The notes under the pieces: model-generated
Told to the model about the DNA's origin: nothing
Seen by the model: only the letters and a program-made list of their open reading frames with translations
The model's database searches: none
Program-made: the position numbers and the translations under genes
NCBI RefSeq assembly: GCF_964194155.1
Contig: NC_135880.1
Location: forward strand, 25,854,001-25,918,000
Reading direction: 5' to 3'
DNA from: Cetorhinus maximus
Taxonomy: Eukaryota
Length of the DNA stretch: 64,000 bases
Shown: positions 63,401 to 64,000 of the stretch, in pieces
Layout: each line of letters opens with the position of its first letter
Numbering within the stretch: position 1 is the stretch's first letter

Positions 63401-63644
63401 CACCTTAGGATTTCACCTTATAAAGTTCACCTAATAAGTTCACCTTATTAGCACCTCTGCAGGTATAATGAATTATGATGGCTCTCCTTTTGTTATAGGA
63501 CCAGGCTGGGGAGACAGATTGTCTGCTGGCCTCTAGTTTCATTGATTGTAATGTGTCCTCACAATGAGAGGTGTGAGATTCCATAAGGATGAGGGTTGAG
63601 CTTTTGTCCTGTAAATATTTCTGGAAATTTCTAGAAACTGTAGC

Positions 63645-64000
63645 CAATTGTAGCTCTCTGTCTGAATGCATGTAGCATTCATAACAAAGTAGATGAATTG
63701 ATGGCCCACATTGAAGTAAATAACTATAATCTGATAGCAATTACGGAGACATGGCTGCAGGACGACAAAGATTGGGTCCTTAATATTGAAGGGTACATGA
63801 CTTTCAAGAAGAATAGGAAGCGAGGTAAAGGTGGAGGGGTAGCACTATTAATCAAAGAGGGCATTGATGCAATAGTTAGAGGTGATCTTGCTTCAGGAAT
63901 CAGGATGAAGAATCAGTTTGGGTGGAGAGGAGGAATAGTATGGGAAAAAGTCACGAGTGGGAGTGGCCTACAGGCCCCTTAACAGTGGAACAGTGTAGGA
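63645..64000 (+). mobile_element. CR1 ORF2 endonuclease start (runs off the window end)
   Basis: LNACSIHNKVDELMAHIEVNNYNLIAITETWL..EGYMTFKKNRKRGKGGGVALLIKE. Confidence 0.9.

Overview
Eukaryotic, repeat-dominated DNA, most likely intronic or intergenic sequence of a cartilaginous fish (inferred from the CR1/L2/Deu-SINE/Penelope/Harbinger repeat mix). No intact long gene is present; nearly all ORFs in the track are decayed transposon frames or their antisense shadows. The window is a nested mosaic of: CR1 and L2 LINEs; a second EN-RT LINE family ('LINE-A') that begins with a tRNA-like head; its short SINE derivative; Deu-domain SINEs; two Penelope-like families with hammerhead-ribozyme motifs; PIF/Harbinger remnants (Myb/SANT exons) and their MITEs; an internally deleted Gypsy element; and several solo LTRs. 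A few possible host exons on the + strand and some repeat-free islands are low-confidence calls. The most unusual signal is LINE-A: it has a tRNA-like A/B-box head, no room for ORF1, no nearby in-frame ATG and almost no sense-strand TTTT. This suggests a protein-coding retrotransposon transcribed by Pol III, whose internal deletions yield the local SINE. All coordinates, counts and family assignments were made by eye; decayed element ends are approximate.
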